From the IMG/VR virus record IMGVR_UViG_3300025368_000011, positions 1-41,550 of that record: DNA of 41,550 bases; one strand, written 5' to 3'. Both the position numbers and the translations under genes were made by a program. Of the stretch, positions 14,051 through 23,936 are shown in pieces. The stretch's first letter is position 1. Each line of letters starts with the position of its first letter. The notes under the pieces are model-generated. The model saw nothing but the letters and a program-made list of their open reading frames with translations, was not told where the DNA came from and ran no database searches. Origin of the DNA: a virus. Taxonomy: Duplodnaviria > Caudoviricetes.

Positions 14051-16102
14051 TTGGCTAGCGTGGCGTCGCAGAGTATACTTGTTGAAACGCCTACGTCCCT
14101 TGCAGCGGAACGTAGCCGACAGCAGCCCGATGCGTCTGCTGCGCTGGTTGGCTGGATTACGGCTAAAATCAACATTTGGGAAGACGTGCGTAATCGCGGC
14201 TATCAGAAGCTGTGGGGCGAATATTGGCGAATGTGGCGCGGTATGTGGTCCGAGGCGGACAAGAACCGCCTGTCGGAACGTTCCAAGCTGGTAGCCCCGG
14301 CGCTTGCGCAGGCAATCGAGCAGACCGTATCAGAAATTGAAGAAGCTATTTTCTCGCGGGAGGAATGGTTCGATGCTGCCACCGACGCCAAAAACGGCTT
14401 GGAGCAACAGCTTAAAGAGCAGCTTAGAGACGACCTTGAGCTTGTCAACGCCCAAGACCAGATCATGGAAGCCGTGCAGAACGGAGCCTTGTTTGGAACA
14501 ATGGTTGCTCTCGTCAATGTGCGCGCGGGCATGGACAATAAGCCGGAACGCGACAGCGCAACCTACGAACTTAAGTCTAGCAACAAGAAGCGAGTCCTCG
14601 TCGAAATCGAGTCCATCCGACCGGACGAGTTTATTCCAGATCCACAGGGGCGAACGATAGGACAGATGCTTGGCTGTGCGCGCCGCGTGCAGCGCACCTT
14701 GCACTACGCTCTTGAAAAGATTGAGACGGGGTTTTACCGCAAGGACGCCCTTGTAAAGTTATCCCCTACACGACGACTTAAAAATTCAGACATTGACTGG
14801 GAAGACCCGCAGTCGATTAACACGACGTACGAATCCGAGCAGATTGACATTATCGAGTACCACGGCAAGGTTCCGGCCAGCCTGCTTAACGGTCTTGTCA
14901 TAAATCCAAAAGAGCTTGTTAATGTTCTACAGAACGGCGACGTGTCGGAAGGCGAGACGGGGCCGATGGTTGAGGCCATCGTAACAATTGCCAATACGGG
15001 CGTGCTTTTGCGGGCTATGGTAAACCCGTTTGCCATGCGCGACCGCAGCATTGTTGCTGCGCAGTTTGAGAAGGTTCCGGGGCGGTTTTGGGGCCGAGGC
15101 ATAGCCGAGAAGGGGTATAACCCTCAGAAGGCGCTAGACGCCGAGCTACGCGCTCGTATGGACGCTCTGGGCTATATCAGCGCTCCTATGCTTGGTGTAG
15201 ACGCCGGGCGTATGCCGCGCGGGTTTAAATTTGAAGTCCGTCCGGGCAAGGTTTGGACGACCAACGGCGCGCCTAACGACGTGCTTCAGCCGGTTAAGGT
15301 TGGCGATTACAACAGCCTTACGTTTGAGCAGACGCAGGAAATGGAGCGCATGGTGCAAATGGGTACCGGCTCCTTTGACACGGCCAGCGCGCTTAAAGCG
15401 CAAAGTCAGTCAGGAGCTAACGGTGCCGGAAGCAACAGTATGCTTATGGGCGCGTTTGTCAAGAGGGCAAAGCGCTCAATTGCCAATATTAACAGAAACT
15501 TCATTTATCCCCTGCTGCAAAAGACGCTGTGGCGATATATGCAGTTTGACCCGATTCGATACCCCTCGGATTTTGGCATCAAACTTAAGACTAGTCTCGG
15601 CGTTGTTGCGCGCGAGGTCGAAGCAAGCCAGATGACCCAGCTTATGGGTATGCTACCCGATGAATACCATCAGGTCAAGCTGGTACTTGCCCGTGGCGTA
15701 GTTGAGCATACCAGTCTTAGCAACAAGGGTGACATTCTTAAAATTATGGATTCTGTTCTTAATCCGCCGCCCGAAGCGCAGCAGAAGGCGCAGCAGATGG
15801 AGCAGATGAAAGACGCGGCGCAGCAGGCGCAGCTTCAGAACATCATTCTTCTTAACAAGAAAATTCAGGCGGAGATTGACAAACTTGAGGCTGAAGCTCA
15901 CAACGTCGGTCACAATGCTGTGGTTAACACTAAACGTCTACAGCAGGATCAAGAACGTATTGAAATTGATCGGCAGGAGCAGGCGCTATTTGCGCAACAG
16001 AACGCCGCTCAGTTTGCACGTATACCGATTGAAAAAGTTAAAGCAGAAGCAGCGATGATTTCTGCTAAAGCAAAAGCGTCAGGTAAATCTGCCGCTAGTT
16101 AA
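14051..16102 (+). CDS. Portal protein with C-terminal coiled-coil barrel
   Basis: Follows TerL; 683 aa; PGRFWGRG and PGKVW motifs; Gln-rich helical tail; AAGGA RBS with TTG start. Confidence 0.9.
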   Translation: MASVASQSILVETPTSLAAERSRQQPDASAALVGWITAKINIWEDVRNRGYQKLWGEYWRMWRGMWSEADKNRLSERSKLVAPALAQAIEQTVSEIEEAIFSREEWFDAATDAKNGLEQQLKEQLRDDLELVNAQDQIMEAVQNGALFGTMVALVNVRAGMDNKPERDSATYELKSSNKKRVLVEIESIRPDEFIPDPQGRTIGQMLGCARRVQRTLHYALEKIETGFYRKDALVKLSPTRRLKNSDIDWEDPQSINTTYESEQIDIIEYHGKVPASLLNGLVINPKELVNVLQNGDVSEGETGPMVEAIVTIANTGVLLRAMVNPFAMRDRSIVAAQFEKVPGRFWGRGIAEKGYNPQKALDAELRARMDALGYISAPMLGVDAGRMPRGFKFEVRPGKVWTTNGAPNDVLQPVKVGDYNSLTFEQTQEMERMVQMGTGSFDTASALKAQSQSGANGAGSNSMLMGAFVKRAKRSIANINRNFIYPLLQKTLWRYMQFDPIRYPSDFGIKLKTSLGVVAREVEASQMTQLMGMLPDEYHQVKLVLARGVVEHTSLSNKGDILKIMDSVLNPPPEAQQKAQQMEQMKDAAQQAQLQNIILLNKKIQAEIDKLEAEAHNVGHNAVVNTKRLQQDQERIEIDRQEQALFAQQNAAQFARIPIEKVKAEAAMISAKAKASGKSAAS

Positions 16103-16124
16103 CCGCCAATAAGAGGAGAGGCTT

Positions 16125-16448
16125 ATGGCACTTAGTATGGAAGAAATTGGCCTGCTGTCTGATACGCAGAAGCAGCGCTACGCCGAACTGGAACGTTTGT
16201 TTGAGCAGCCCGCGTGGAACACTGTCAAGCTGTGGGCTACAAACAACGCGCGTGAACAGGAAGTCCGTTTAATTAACGCGGCGACTTGGGATGAAAACCG
16301 CATTGCAGCGGGAGCACGCGCAGCGTATTTGCACGTTCTTAACATTGAAGAAGTAACTGAACACGAATTTCGCCTGCTGGGGCAGCAGAATGTTGTTGCA
16401 GCAGACGACGATGATGAAGCGGGATACGATGCGGGCAATCAGCGATGA
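16125..16448 (+). CDS. Hypothetical protein (post-portal)
   Basis: Strong AGGAG/GAGG RBS; typical position between portal and scaffold. Confidence 0.75.
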   Translation: MALSMEEIGLLSDTQKQRYAELERLFEQPAWNTVKLWATNNAREQEVRLINAATWDENRIAAGARAAYLHVLNIEEVTEHEFRLLGQQNVVAADDDDEAGYDAGNQR

Positions 16449-16789
16449 CAGTGCGCGGAAAGCGTACTGCTACACGTGTAACATATAAACCCTGCAAAAA
16501 ATGCGGGTGTGAAGAAAGATATACGTGGAGGGACAAGTTAGCTTGTCCTCAGTGTGCAAGCAACAACGCCAAGAAATACTGGCGCAAGAAAAATAACTTG
16601 CCCAGTCCCACCAGACAAGAAACCAGCAATTGTGAATGTTGTGGCCGCAAGGGAATAATTTGCCTTGACCACGATCACAAAACTGGAGAATTTCGCGGCT
16701 GGTTGTGCCACGCCTGTAATTTGGGCATTGGCATGTTGGGAGACGACATAGACGGAATTAAGGCCGCACTAGTCTACTTGGAGAAATAA
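16445..16789 (+). CDS. Endonuclease VII-family (His-Me finger) nuclease, likely free-standing homing endonuclease
   Basis: CECCG...LDHDHKTGEFRGWLCHACNLGIGMLGDD; N-terminal CxxC...CxxC. Confidence 0.9.
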   Translation: MTVRGKRTATRVTYKPCKKCGCEERYTWRDKLACPQCASNNAKKYWRKKNNLPSPTRQETSNCECCGRKGIICLDHDHKTGEFRGWLCHACNLGIGMLGDDIDGIKAALVYLEK

Positions 16790-16791
16790 TC

Positions 16792-17076
16792 TTGTCAAAA
16801 ATGATCCTATTCGATTTCCGCTGTACGAAGTGCGCCTTTATATTTGAGGATTTGGTAAAGCCGGGTGACTACTGGCTCAAATGCCCAAAGTGCAAAGGGA
16901 ACGCGCAACGTATAATGTCCCCGGTCAGAATTGACAAGACTTCCATGGCGGTTAGTGACAGCGCCAGCCCGGAGTCTATCGCTCATTTTGACCGCGTACA
17001 TAAACAGCGTCGGGTAATAGAAGAAAGGTCAATGCAGAACCATGGTGATTATGGGAAATCTGCCGGGTCCGATTAA
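16792..17076 (+). CDS. FmdB-like zinc-ribbon protein
   Basis: FDFRCTKC...FE...CPKC...RIMS. Confidence 0.8.
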   Translation: MSKMILFDFRCTKCAFIFEDLVKPGDYWLKCPKCKGNAQRIMSPVRIDKTSMAVSDSASPESIAHFDRVHKQRRVIEERSMQNHGDYGKSAGSD

Positions 17077-17127
17077 TCTACCGACAAACTCATAACCGGA
17101 ATCCCTTTGGGATGGTGGAGAAAACTT

Positions 17128-17931
17128 ATGGCTAGTCTAACTGACGTTAATTATGACGAGGGCAATGCTGCCCGTGCAATTGAACAGCTTTCGGCTCCTG
17201 AGCCAAAAGTTGAACCTAGGCAGGCGGCACCCAAGCAGAACGATTCTCATACGACTCTAGACCCTCGCTTCGTCGGCAAGAGTATAGAGGATATTCAGAA
17301 TATGTATAAAAATCTGGAACAGCATCAGGGGCGACTTGCCAATGAACTGGGCCAGACTCGTAAGACTCTTGACGAAATTCTGCTCGCCAAACGTCAGGCG
17401 GACTTGCAGGCTCACAGTGCCAATACCCCACGGGTACAGGCTACTGATTTGCTTACAAACCCAGAAGAAGCCCTAGACGGCTATGTACTGCACAAGACAG
17501 GCACGGTTGTCCAGCCCCTTGTAGAACGGATTAACCAGCTTGAGCAGGCACTTGCGGGAACGCAGTTTGCTGCCAAGCACTCCGACTTCACTACCGTAGC
17601 CTCCGATCCTGAATTTAAGGCTTGGAGCACTCGGACTGAATTTCGCCAGACGCTCGCAACTAATGCGGCTAACGGCAACATTCAGTCTGCGGACGCACTA
17701 CTTACGGAGTGGAAGGATTATAAGGCTAATCTTGCATCTGTCAAGGCGTTGGACGACGCTGAAACTGTCGGCTTTGAAAGTTCGCGCGCAGGTGCCGAAC
17801 CCACGTCTAAACCGGCTGGAAAGCGTTATCGTTCGGCGGACCTTATCCGCCTTAAGATGGACAATCCAGACGAGTACGACAAGCTGGGCTACGAAATCAC
17901 CAAAGCGTACATTGAGAAGCGTGTAGATTAA
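17128..17931 (+). CDS. Capsid scaffolding protein
   Basis: GGAG RBS; helical; GKSIEDI..MY.NLE...G...NELG and a C-terminal AY.E.RV; directly upstream of the capsid gene. Confidence 0.85.
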   Translation: MASLTDVNYDEGNAARAIEQLSAPEPKVEPRQAAPKQNDSHTTLDPRFVGKSIEDIQNMYKNLEQHQGRLANELGQTRKTLDEILLAKRQADLQAHSANTPRVQATDLLTNPEEALDGYVLHKTGTVVQPLVERINQLEQALAGTQFAAKHSDFTTVASDPEFKAWSTRTEFRQTLATNAANGNIQSADALLTEWKDYKANLASVKALDDAETVGFESSRAGAEPTSKPAGKRYRSADLIRLKMDNPDEYDKLGYEITKAYIEKRVD

Positions 17932-17974
17932 CATAACCGTGCGGGGCGCAACATCCCAACTATAAGGTAAAATA

Positions 17975-19024
17975 ATGGCTACCGCACTTGTTCTAAGCAA
18001 TGATATTTCCACCAGTCTTACTGGTGGCCCCGGTTCTCCTAATGACGTTCATGCCGCTAATTTCGTACCAGCCCTTTGGTCTGACGAAGTTGTTGCTGTC
18101 TACAAGTCAAACCTTGTTCTTGCTAACCTGATTCGCAAGCTGAATCATCGCGGCAAGAAGGGCGATACCATCCACATTCCGACTCCGGCCCGTGGTACGG
18201 CCGTTAACAAGGTTGCGCAGTCCGTTGTGACGCTTCAGCCGTTTGTTGACCAGTCTGGCGTTGGCGGCGTTACGATTTCGATCAATAAGCACAAGGAATA
18301 CTCGCGTCTTATTGAGGATATCGTTGACGTGCAGGCGCTTCCGTCGCTTCGCCGGTTCTATACCGACGACGCCGGTTACGCCATTGCCAAGCGCGTTGAC
18401 CGCGACATCTTTTTCCAGCTTGGCGCTGGTACGTCGGTCGCGGGTGCGCAGGGTACGTGTGTCGAAGACGCGGCGACGGGTAACGTTGCCTCTACTTCGA
18501 CGTGGAGCGCGTTTGTTGGTGACGGCACGACTCTTTGGAGCCCGACTGCCAATACCAACGCCGGTAACGCTACCGACCTGACGGACGTTGGCATCCGCCG
18601 TGGCGTGTTCAATCTGGATAAGATTGACGCCCCGATGGCTGGCCGTGCGCTTGTCCTTCCGCCGGTTGCCAAGGCTAACCTTCTTGGCGTCGCCCGCTTT
18701 ACGCAGCAGGCGTTCGTTGGTGAGGCTGGCCCGGCTAACTCGATCCGTAACGGCCTTGTTGGTAACGTTTACGCCATGGAAGTGTTTGTGTCGAACAACC
18801 TTCCGAACGCGCTGAACGCCAACGCGGGTGTCGGCGGTTCGATTGCGTGGATTCTCCAGCGCGATACGATGGTGCTTGTTGAGCAGATGGGTATTCGTAC
18901 CCAGCAGCAGTACAAGCAGGAGTTCCTTGCGGACCTCTTTACGGCTGATATGATCTACGGTACGGGTATGCTGCGTGGTGGCTCGGCTATTCCGTACGTG
19001 GTGACTGCGACCCTTGACGCCTAA
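17975..19024 (+). CDS. Major capsid protein (HK97 fold)
   Basis: FVPALWSDEV, KKGDTIHIP, LIEDI..VQ, GYAIAKRVD and D.IYG motifs; strongly biased codon usage. Confidence 0.92.
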   Translation: MATALVLSNDISTSLTGGPGSPNDVHAANFVPALWSDEVVAVYKSNLVLANLIRKLNHRGKKGDTIHIPTPARGTAVNKVAQSVVTLQPFVDQSGVGGVTISINKHKEYSRLIEDIVDVQALPSLRRFYTDDAGYAIAKRVDRDIFFQLGAGTSVAGAQGTCVEDAATGNVASTSTWSAFVGDGTTLWSPTANTNAGNATDLTDVGIRRGVFNLDKIDAPMAGRALVLPPVAKANLLGVARFTQQAFVGEAGPANSIRNGLVGNVYAMEVFVSNNLPNALNANAGVGGSIAWILQRDTMVLVEQMGIRTQQQYKQEFLADLFTADMIYGTGMLRGGSAIPYVVTATLDA

Positions 19025-19039
19025 TAGGAGCTAATCCTA

Positions 19040-19387
19040 GTGGCCGGATCCCGTAACGACGTACAATACGAGCAGTGGCAAATCCACTCTCGTTCAAAAA
19101 CAGCCAGTTATTCTGTGGCCGGGCAAGATTCCCGCGACTGCTTTAATAATCTGGGCGCTACGGGGTCCGTTACTTTTACGTTGCCAAAGGCAAAAGGAAA
19201 TGGTGTCGAATACTATTTTCTTGTTGCTACTTCGCAATTTCTTATTGTAGCCCCACAGTCTACCGACTTAATACGCGGTAAAGCTGCGGGGCTTTCTTAT
19301 TCGTCGAGCACGCAAGGCAACGTAATTTACGTATGCACGATTGTTCCGGGTATCTGGGATATTTTTTATAATAATGGATTTGTATAA
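19040..19387 (+). CDS. Small putative virion protein
   Basis: AGGAG RBS with GTG start; VTFTLP..G..Y.F beta motif. Confidence 0.6.
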   Translation: MAGSRNDVQYEQWQIHSRSKTASYSVAGQDSRDCFNNLGATGSVTFTLPKAKGNGVEYYFLVATSQFLIVAPQSTDLIRGKAAGLSYSSSTQGNVIYVCTIVPGIWDIFYNNGFV

Positions 19388-20361
19388 TGGCAGCTACGTT
19401 TAGACAGATTGTTAATAACGTGCTTGTAAATATTGGGTCTAGTCAAATTCCCGCTACTAATACAGTTATTACCGATACCTACCAATTACAGGTTTCTAAC
19501 TTTGTTCAGCATATAATGGACGAAGTTCAGCAGGCTACCCAGTGGACCGCTTTGCTTAATGTTATCAGCATGGCTGTGCCGGGTGGCAATTATACGTTTA
19601 CGGCCCCGCTTGGGCCGGGAAGCACGTCAGGTACGCTGACTACGGCGTACACTGGCCCGTCCGGCGCGTTTAACGTTGTGTTTAACGACAACGAAACCCG
19701 GACGCTTGCATTTACTAATGGATCTACGTCTGTTAGCTGGACCGGCGGGCTTAGCAGCCTCGCCAGCCTTACACCAGTTGTCAGCTTTTATTTTGGCCCC
19801 GGCCAGCGAATTATAGACGCCGGCACGGGCGCGTACATGACTAGTGACTCTCGCTTGTACAAAATGTACAAACCAGAATTTGGGCGCGAAGTGGCGCTTG
19901 TATTTGACACAAGCAGCTTTCCGCTGCCGTTTGTTCTTGGCGAAATGCCCGTGGCAAACACGCTTTATTACAATAACGTATTGGCTAATACGCCAGTGGC
20001 GTACAGTACAAATTATTCCATTTTGGATACTGGCAACGATAATGTTCAGATTTTGTTTTACCCTCCGGCTAACCAGTACAGAAACATACAGGTATGGGCC
20101 GTTATTCCGCAAAAGCGCATAGACCCGACAATTGCTGGAAGTGCGGTTTATCCGTGGCTTGGCACTGTCGGCCTTGATTCTCCTGTACTTGTTCCTAATC
20201 GTATAATTGAGATGGGCGCAAGTTGGTACGCTCTAGAGGAGCGTGGCGAGGAATTGGGCGCTAACAGTATGTTTACGGAAGAACGTTACAGAACGCAGCT
20301 TCAGGATATGGTTTCGCAAGAACTTGGTCGTTCGGGCGAAATGCAGATGATTATTAACTAA
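19387..20361 (+). CDS. Head-tail adaptor / tail tubular protein A-like, with inserted beta domain
   Basis: Position; TF.QIVNNVL N-terminus, P.A...Y and A...ALEERGE motifs. Confidence 0.7.
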   Translation: MAATFRQIVNNVLVNIGSSQIPATNTVITDTYQLQVSNFVQHIMDEVQQATQWTALLNVISMAVPGGNYTFTAPLGPGSTSGTLTTAYTGPSGAFNVVFNDNETRTLAFTNGSTSVSWTGGLSSLASLTPVVSFYFGPGQRIIDAGTGAYMTSDSRLYKMYKPEFGREVALVFDTSSFPLPFVLGEMPVANTLYYNNVLANTPVAYSTNYSILDTGNDNVQILFYPPANQYRNIQVWAVIPQKRIDPTIAGSAVYPWLGTVGLDSPVLVPNRIIEMGASWYALEERGEELGANSMFTEERYRTQLQDMVSQELGRSGEMQMIIN

Positions 20362-22040
20362 TGGTACTAGAAGCGCACATTCCGCCAACGCGGCAGATGG
20401 CCCCGGTTACAATTGTAACTCCGGGTAGCCGTGGCCTTAATACGTTGTCCGCTGGCGCGCTTATTGACAAAAGTTACGCGGTAACTGCTACGAACGCCGT
20501 TGTAGATGCCAACGGGCGGCTTGCAACCCGCAATGGATTTACGCTTGCTGGGCTTACTACAAACGCTACTACGTACACGGTTGGCGAATATAACGCAGGA
20601 AACGGCGTATATTATTTTGTTACGGCGGCTTTGCAGGGATCTGTAGGTTCGCAAACGTGGTCGTACAGCCTGTATCCGTACAGCGGCACGTCTCCTACTA
20701 ATTCCTCACTGACGGCCACTACGAGCGCGCAAAACAATACGGGGCGACCGTATTTTCAAAATTTTAATAATCGGCTCGTAATTTTTAATCGCGGCGGCTA
20801 TCCGACTGATCTTTATATTAGTGGCGGCGTGCCGCTCATAACTTCGTACGGTGCGTGGCCGGTTACTAGCGGCGTTGGGTGCTGCGCGTTTGGCCGCGTA
20901 TGGAGCGTTAGTCTTTCTGACGAACAGACTATTACGTACAGCGGCCTGCTTAATATCAACGATGTTAGCAGTTCAGACGCCGGCATTATTGATATGCACA
21001 CAATTTGGAGCAACGGAACTGACCGCGTAACGGCTATATTTCCGTTTAACGGCGCACTGGTAGTGTGCGGCACAAAGCATATCGTAATGTTTACGGATGG
21101 CAGAGGATCTACGATTGGCGTGGATCCTACGCAAATGTACGTATTTGATACGATTCTTGGCACGGGCTGCCTTAGCCAGTGGACAGTAGATTATATTGGT
21201 CAGGGAGACGTACTGTTTCTTTCTTCTAACGGCGTGCAGTCTTTGGCGCGTCTTACGCAAAATACGTCCAATCCTACGGAAGCGCTGACTAAATACGTAA
21301 ATCCGCAGTTGCTGACGCAGCTAGCTGCTAACGTAAACTATTCAACTTCTTACGTAGTGCCTAACCAGATGCCGTACGTGCCGATTAGCGGTTCGTACAA
21401 TAATCTTACAGGGCAGTATTTGCTGCATTTACCGGCCAATAGTTCGTCATATTGCGTTAATATGCGCAGGCAGTACCCAGACGATACTAATAATTTGTGC
21501 GGCGTAGTCACGCTATGGTCTTACAGCACGGCGTTTGGACCGCTGCTGCACAGCATAACCGACCATTATCAAAACGTACTTGGTGTTAACGGCAACGGTA
21601 CGCCAGTTATTTTAAGCGGGTACGCCGACGCCGGTAACACGTACGGGTTTGTTTATCAGTCTCCGTGGTTTGATTTTTCTCAGTTTGAGGGAACGCAGGC
21701 CGGAGAGCGTCTTAAATTGCTTAAGCGTATTCGCGGCATCTTGGCCGCGTCTGGTACTCCCAGCATTGCCCTGCAATGGAATACGGATTTCGGAACAATT
21801 CCGTCTTCTACAAGCGTGTCGTTTGCGGCTAGCGCCAATTTGACGCAATTTGGAATTAGTCAGTTTGGCTCTAATTCTTCGCCGCTTTCGCAATTTGGCG
21901 GCGGCAGCGCGCTTCAGCAATTTTCGTACGACGCGCGGGCGCGCGGGCAGTATTACCAGATGGGCATTACGGCCACGGTATCTAACTATTTTGCTATTCA
22001 ACAGCTTCAGCTTGACACTAAACTTGGGCGGATTACTTAA
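20361..22040 (+). CDS. Tail nozzle / tubular protein B (P22 gp10-like role)
   Basis: Position; PG.RGLN, GRL.TR.G, GRVW, GC.S..T and LFLS..GV.SL beta-propeller-type motifs. Confidence 0.78.
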   Translation: MVLEAHIPPTRQMAPVTIVTPGSRGLNTLSAGALIDKSYAVTATNAVVDANGRLATRNGFTLAGLTTNATTYTVGEYNAGNGVYYFVTAALQGSVGSQTWSYSLYPYSGTSPTNSSLTATTSAQNNTGRPYFQNFNNRLVIFNRGGYPTDLYISGGVPLITSYGAWPVTSGVGCCAFGRVWSVSLSDEQTITYSGLLNINDVSSSDAGIIDMHTIWSNGTDRVTAIFPFNGALVVCGTKHIVMFTDGRGSTIGVDPTQMYVFDTILGTGCLSQWTVDYIGQGDVLFLSSNGVQSLARLTQNTSNPTEALTKYVNPQLLTQLAANVNYSTSYVVPNQMPYVPISGSYNNLTGQYLLHLPANSSSYCVNMRRQYPDDTNNLCGVVTLWSYSTAFGPLLHSITDHYQNVLGVNGNGTPVILSGYADAGNTYGFVYQSPWFDFSQFEGTQAGERLKLLKRIRGILAASGTPSIALQWNTDFGTIPSSTSVSFAASANLTQFGISQFGSNSSPLSQFGGGSALQQFSYDARARGQYYQMGITATVSNYFAIQQLQLDTKLGRIT

Positions 22041-23113
22041 TGTCAAATTATTCGCAGATTACTAATTTTACGGCCAAGGATAGTTTGTCGCCGGGCGACC
22101 CTAATAAAATTATTTACGGCGCTTTGTTTGACCCAGAATTTGCTGCTATTTCTACGGCAATTGCTACCAAGTACGATACCAATACGGCAAGCATTACGCT
22201 TAGCAACACGCTGACGGCAGCTACAGTGGCAGCCGGCACCATTACGTGGTCTGGCGTAATTAACAACCTTACGGCTACGTATCCTACGGCTAGCAGCAGC
22301 TTGGGCCTTGTTAATATTAACAATGCGCCGTACGCTGATACAGGCGTTGTTATTCAGGCGTGGGGCACCGTAAATAGCTTCGGGCAGATTGTTCTTGGCA
22401 ATACTAATACGGGCGCGGCGGCAAGCGCCGATTTTATTGTAGGCAACAGTGCAACGACTGCTACCAATAATTACGGCGATTTTGGTATTAATGGTACGGG
22501 GTTTACCGGCACCGGCAATCTTAACAAAGCTGGCGCTGTATATTTGTACAGTGCCGGCGTAGATTTGTCAATTGGAACCAGCACGGCAAACCCAATTCAT
22601 TTTGTGGTTAATTCCGGCGCTACGGACGCCATGACTATTGGAACCACCGGCGCCACTGTAATTAATTCGCCAACGTCAGCCGCAGTAGCGCTGACTGTCA
22701 ACTCAATTTCCGGATCGTCTGGCCTTGTTGTTCAAGGTCCAACTACTGGCACAAATACCAATTTTGTTATTCAGGATACCGCCGCGTCGTACCAGCTTTA
22801 TTTTCAAAACGATATTACAAATACAGCAAATGTTATTGGGTCGTCTGGAAGCGCAAACCGCGCGCTAAACATTAAAATTGGTAACACTACGGCAATTGGT
22901 ATTAGCGCGGCCGGTGCTGTGACTATGGCTGGCACTCTTGGCATTAACGGCGCAGCAGGAACTACTGCCGTAGCCGGCTGGGGTACGCCTGTCGGCAACG
23001 CCGTCATAGCTAATTACAACATTACAGACATTGGCGGCGCCAACAGTAACACCAATAAAGCCGTAGCTTATATTATTCTTGCTCTTAAAAATTTTGGACT
23101 ATTTGCAAATTAA
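22040..23113 (+). CDS. Tail fibre/spike protein
   Basis: MSNY...TNF.AKDSL..GDP.KII.G..FD.EF.AI.TAIATK anchor domain followed by a Gly/Thr/Ala-rich shaft. Confidence 0.78.
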   Translation: MSNYSQITNFTAKDSLSPGDPNKIIYGALFDPEFAAISTAIATKYDTNTASITLSNTLTAATVAAGTITWSGVINNLTATYPTASSSLGLVNINNAPYADTGVVIQAWGTVNSFGQIVLGNTNTGAAASADFIVGNSATTATNNYGDFGINGTGFTGTGNLNKAGAVYLYSAGVDLSIGTSTANPIHFVVNSGATDAMTIGTTGATVINSPTSAAVALTVNSISGSSGLVVQGPTTGTNTNFVIQDTAASYQLYFQNDITNTANVIGSSGSANRALNIKIGNTTAIGISAAGAVTMAGTLGINGAAGTTAVAGWGTPVGNAVIANYNITDIGGANSNTNKAVAYIILALKNFGLFAN

Positions 23114-23114
23114 T

Positions 23115-23579
23115 ATGTTACCAATAATTGGTTGGATATATTGGTTAATTTACCAACTTCTCAGTTTGTCGCTGGGGCTTATTGGATTGTTTCTGTTAAT
23201 ACCGTTTGCGGCGTTAAAGCTGTGGAAACACAGGCGCGGCCTTAATCCAATGTTTCCGGACAGGATTATAACGGCGTGGTGGCTCGGAACGTCAATCATG
23301 TTTCCGTGGTGCAACGAAGAAGACGGCGTAGCGCCGGGGCCGCACCCAACGCGCTGGAGCGCGTATAAATGGTCGGCGCTGCGTAATTCCGTAAACAATA
23401 TGCGGATGCTTCCCGGCGCGTCGTTTTACGTAGACGACACGATGACTGTCAAACAGTATACGTGGGGAGCCGTCGTGACGCAAGGCTGGAGACAGTGCGT
23501 CTGTGTTGCAGGACGGCACATTGGCTGGATGATGACGCCGGATGCGCAGCCCGGCTGGCGATCATGGCCGACGCTGTAA
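23115..23579 (+). CDS. Hypothetical Trp-rich membrane-anchored protein
   Basis: ATG right after the fibre stop; hydrophobic N-terminus; W.N.EDG and W.ALRN motifs. Confidence 0.65.
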   Translation: MLPIIGWIYWLIYQLLSLSLGLIGLFLLIPFAALKLWKHRRGLNPMFPDRIITAWWLGTSIMFPWCNEEDGVAPGPHPTRWSAYKWSALRNSVNNMRMLPGASFYVDDTMTVKQYTWGAVVTQGWRQCVCVAGRHIGWMMTPDAQPGWRSWPTL

Positions 23580-23758
23580 ACGCCGGGCGCGAAGTGCCCG
23601 TAAAAATGTTTATAAACGGCGAATGGGAAACGTTTCTTTTTATAAAGAAAGCACCCAAAGACCCAATTGAAATTAAATGCTACGTACGAGATTCTAATGA
23701 GTGCAACCCCAATAACGGAATTACCGACAACCGTGAGCCACGTAACAACTGCATCTGA
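23564..23758 (+). CDS. Possible small hypothetical protein
   Basis: In-frame ATG near the upstream stop; fills the operon gap but overlaps the next gene. Confidence 0.35.
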   Translation: MADAVNAGREVPVKMFINGEWETFLFIKKAPKDPIEIKCYVRDSNECNPNNGITDNREPRNNCI

Positions 23759-23930
23759 CCATACCGCCGCTGTAATTGCCAATATTGTGGGGCTTTTTGC
23801 TCTTATATTTTCTTGGACAGCCGCTGCCGATCATTACCTTAGACCCGTCGCTACGGTATTAGCCGTTATTGCGTCAGGGCTGACTATCGTAGTACATACG
23901 CGCAACCTTATGCGCAAAACCACGGAATAA
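23697..23930 (+). CDS. Two-TM small membrane protein, holin candidate
   Basis: Two hydrophobic segments and a basic C-terminus (RNLMRK). Confidence 0.5.
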   Translation: MSATPITELPTTVSHVTTASDHTAAVIANIVGLFALIFSWTAAADHYLRPVATVLAVIASGLTIVVHTRNLMRKTTE

Positions 23931-23936
23931 ATAATT

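Noticed and set aside
21845-21905. Triple QFG repeat in the tail nozzle protein
   Set aside because: Similar aromatic-Gly repeats are usual at this position in podovirus tail proteins; not treated as novel
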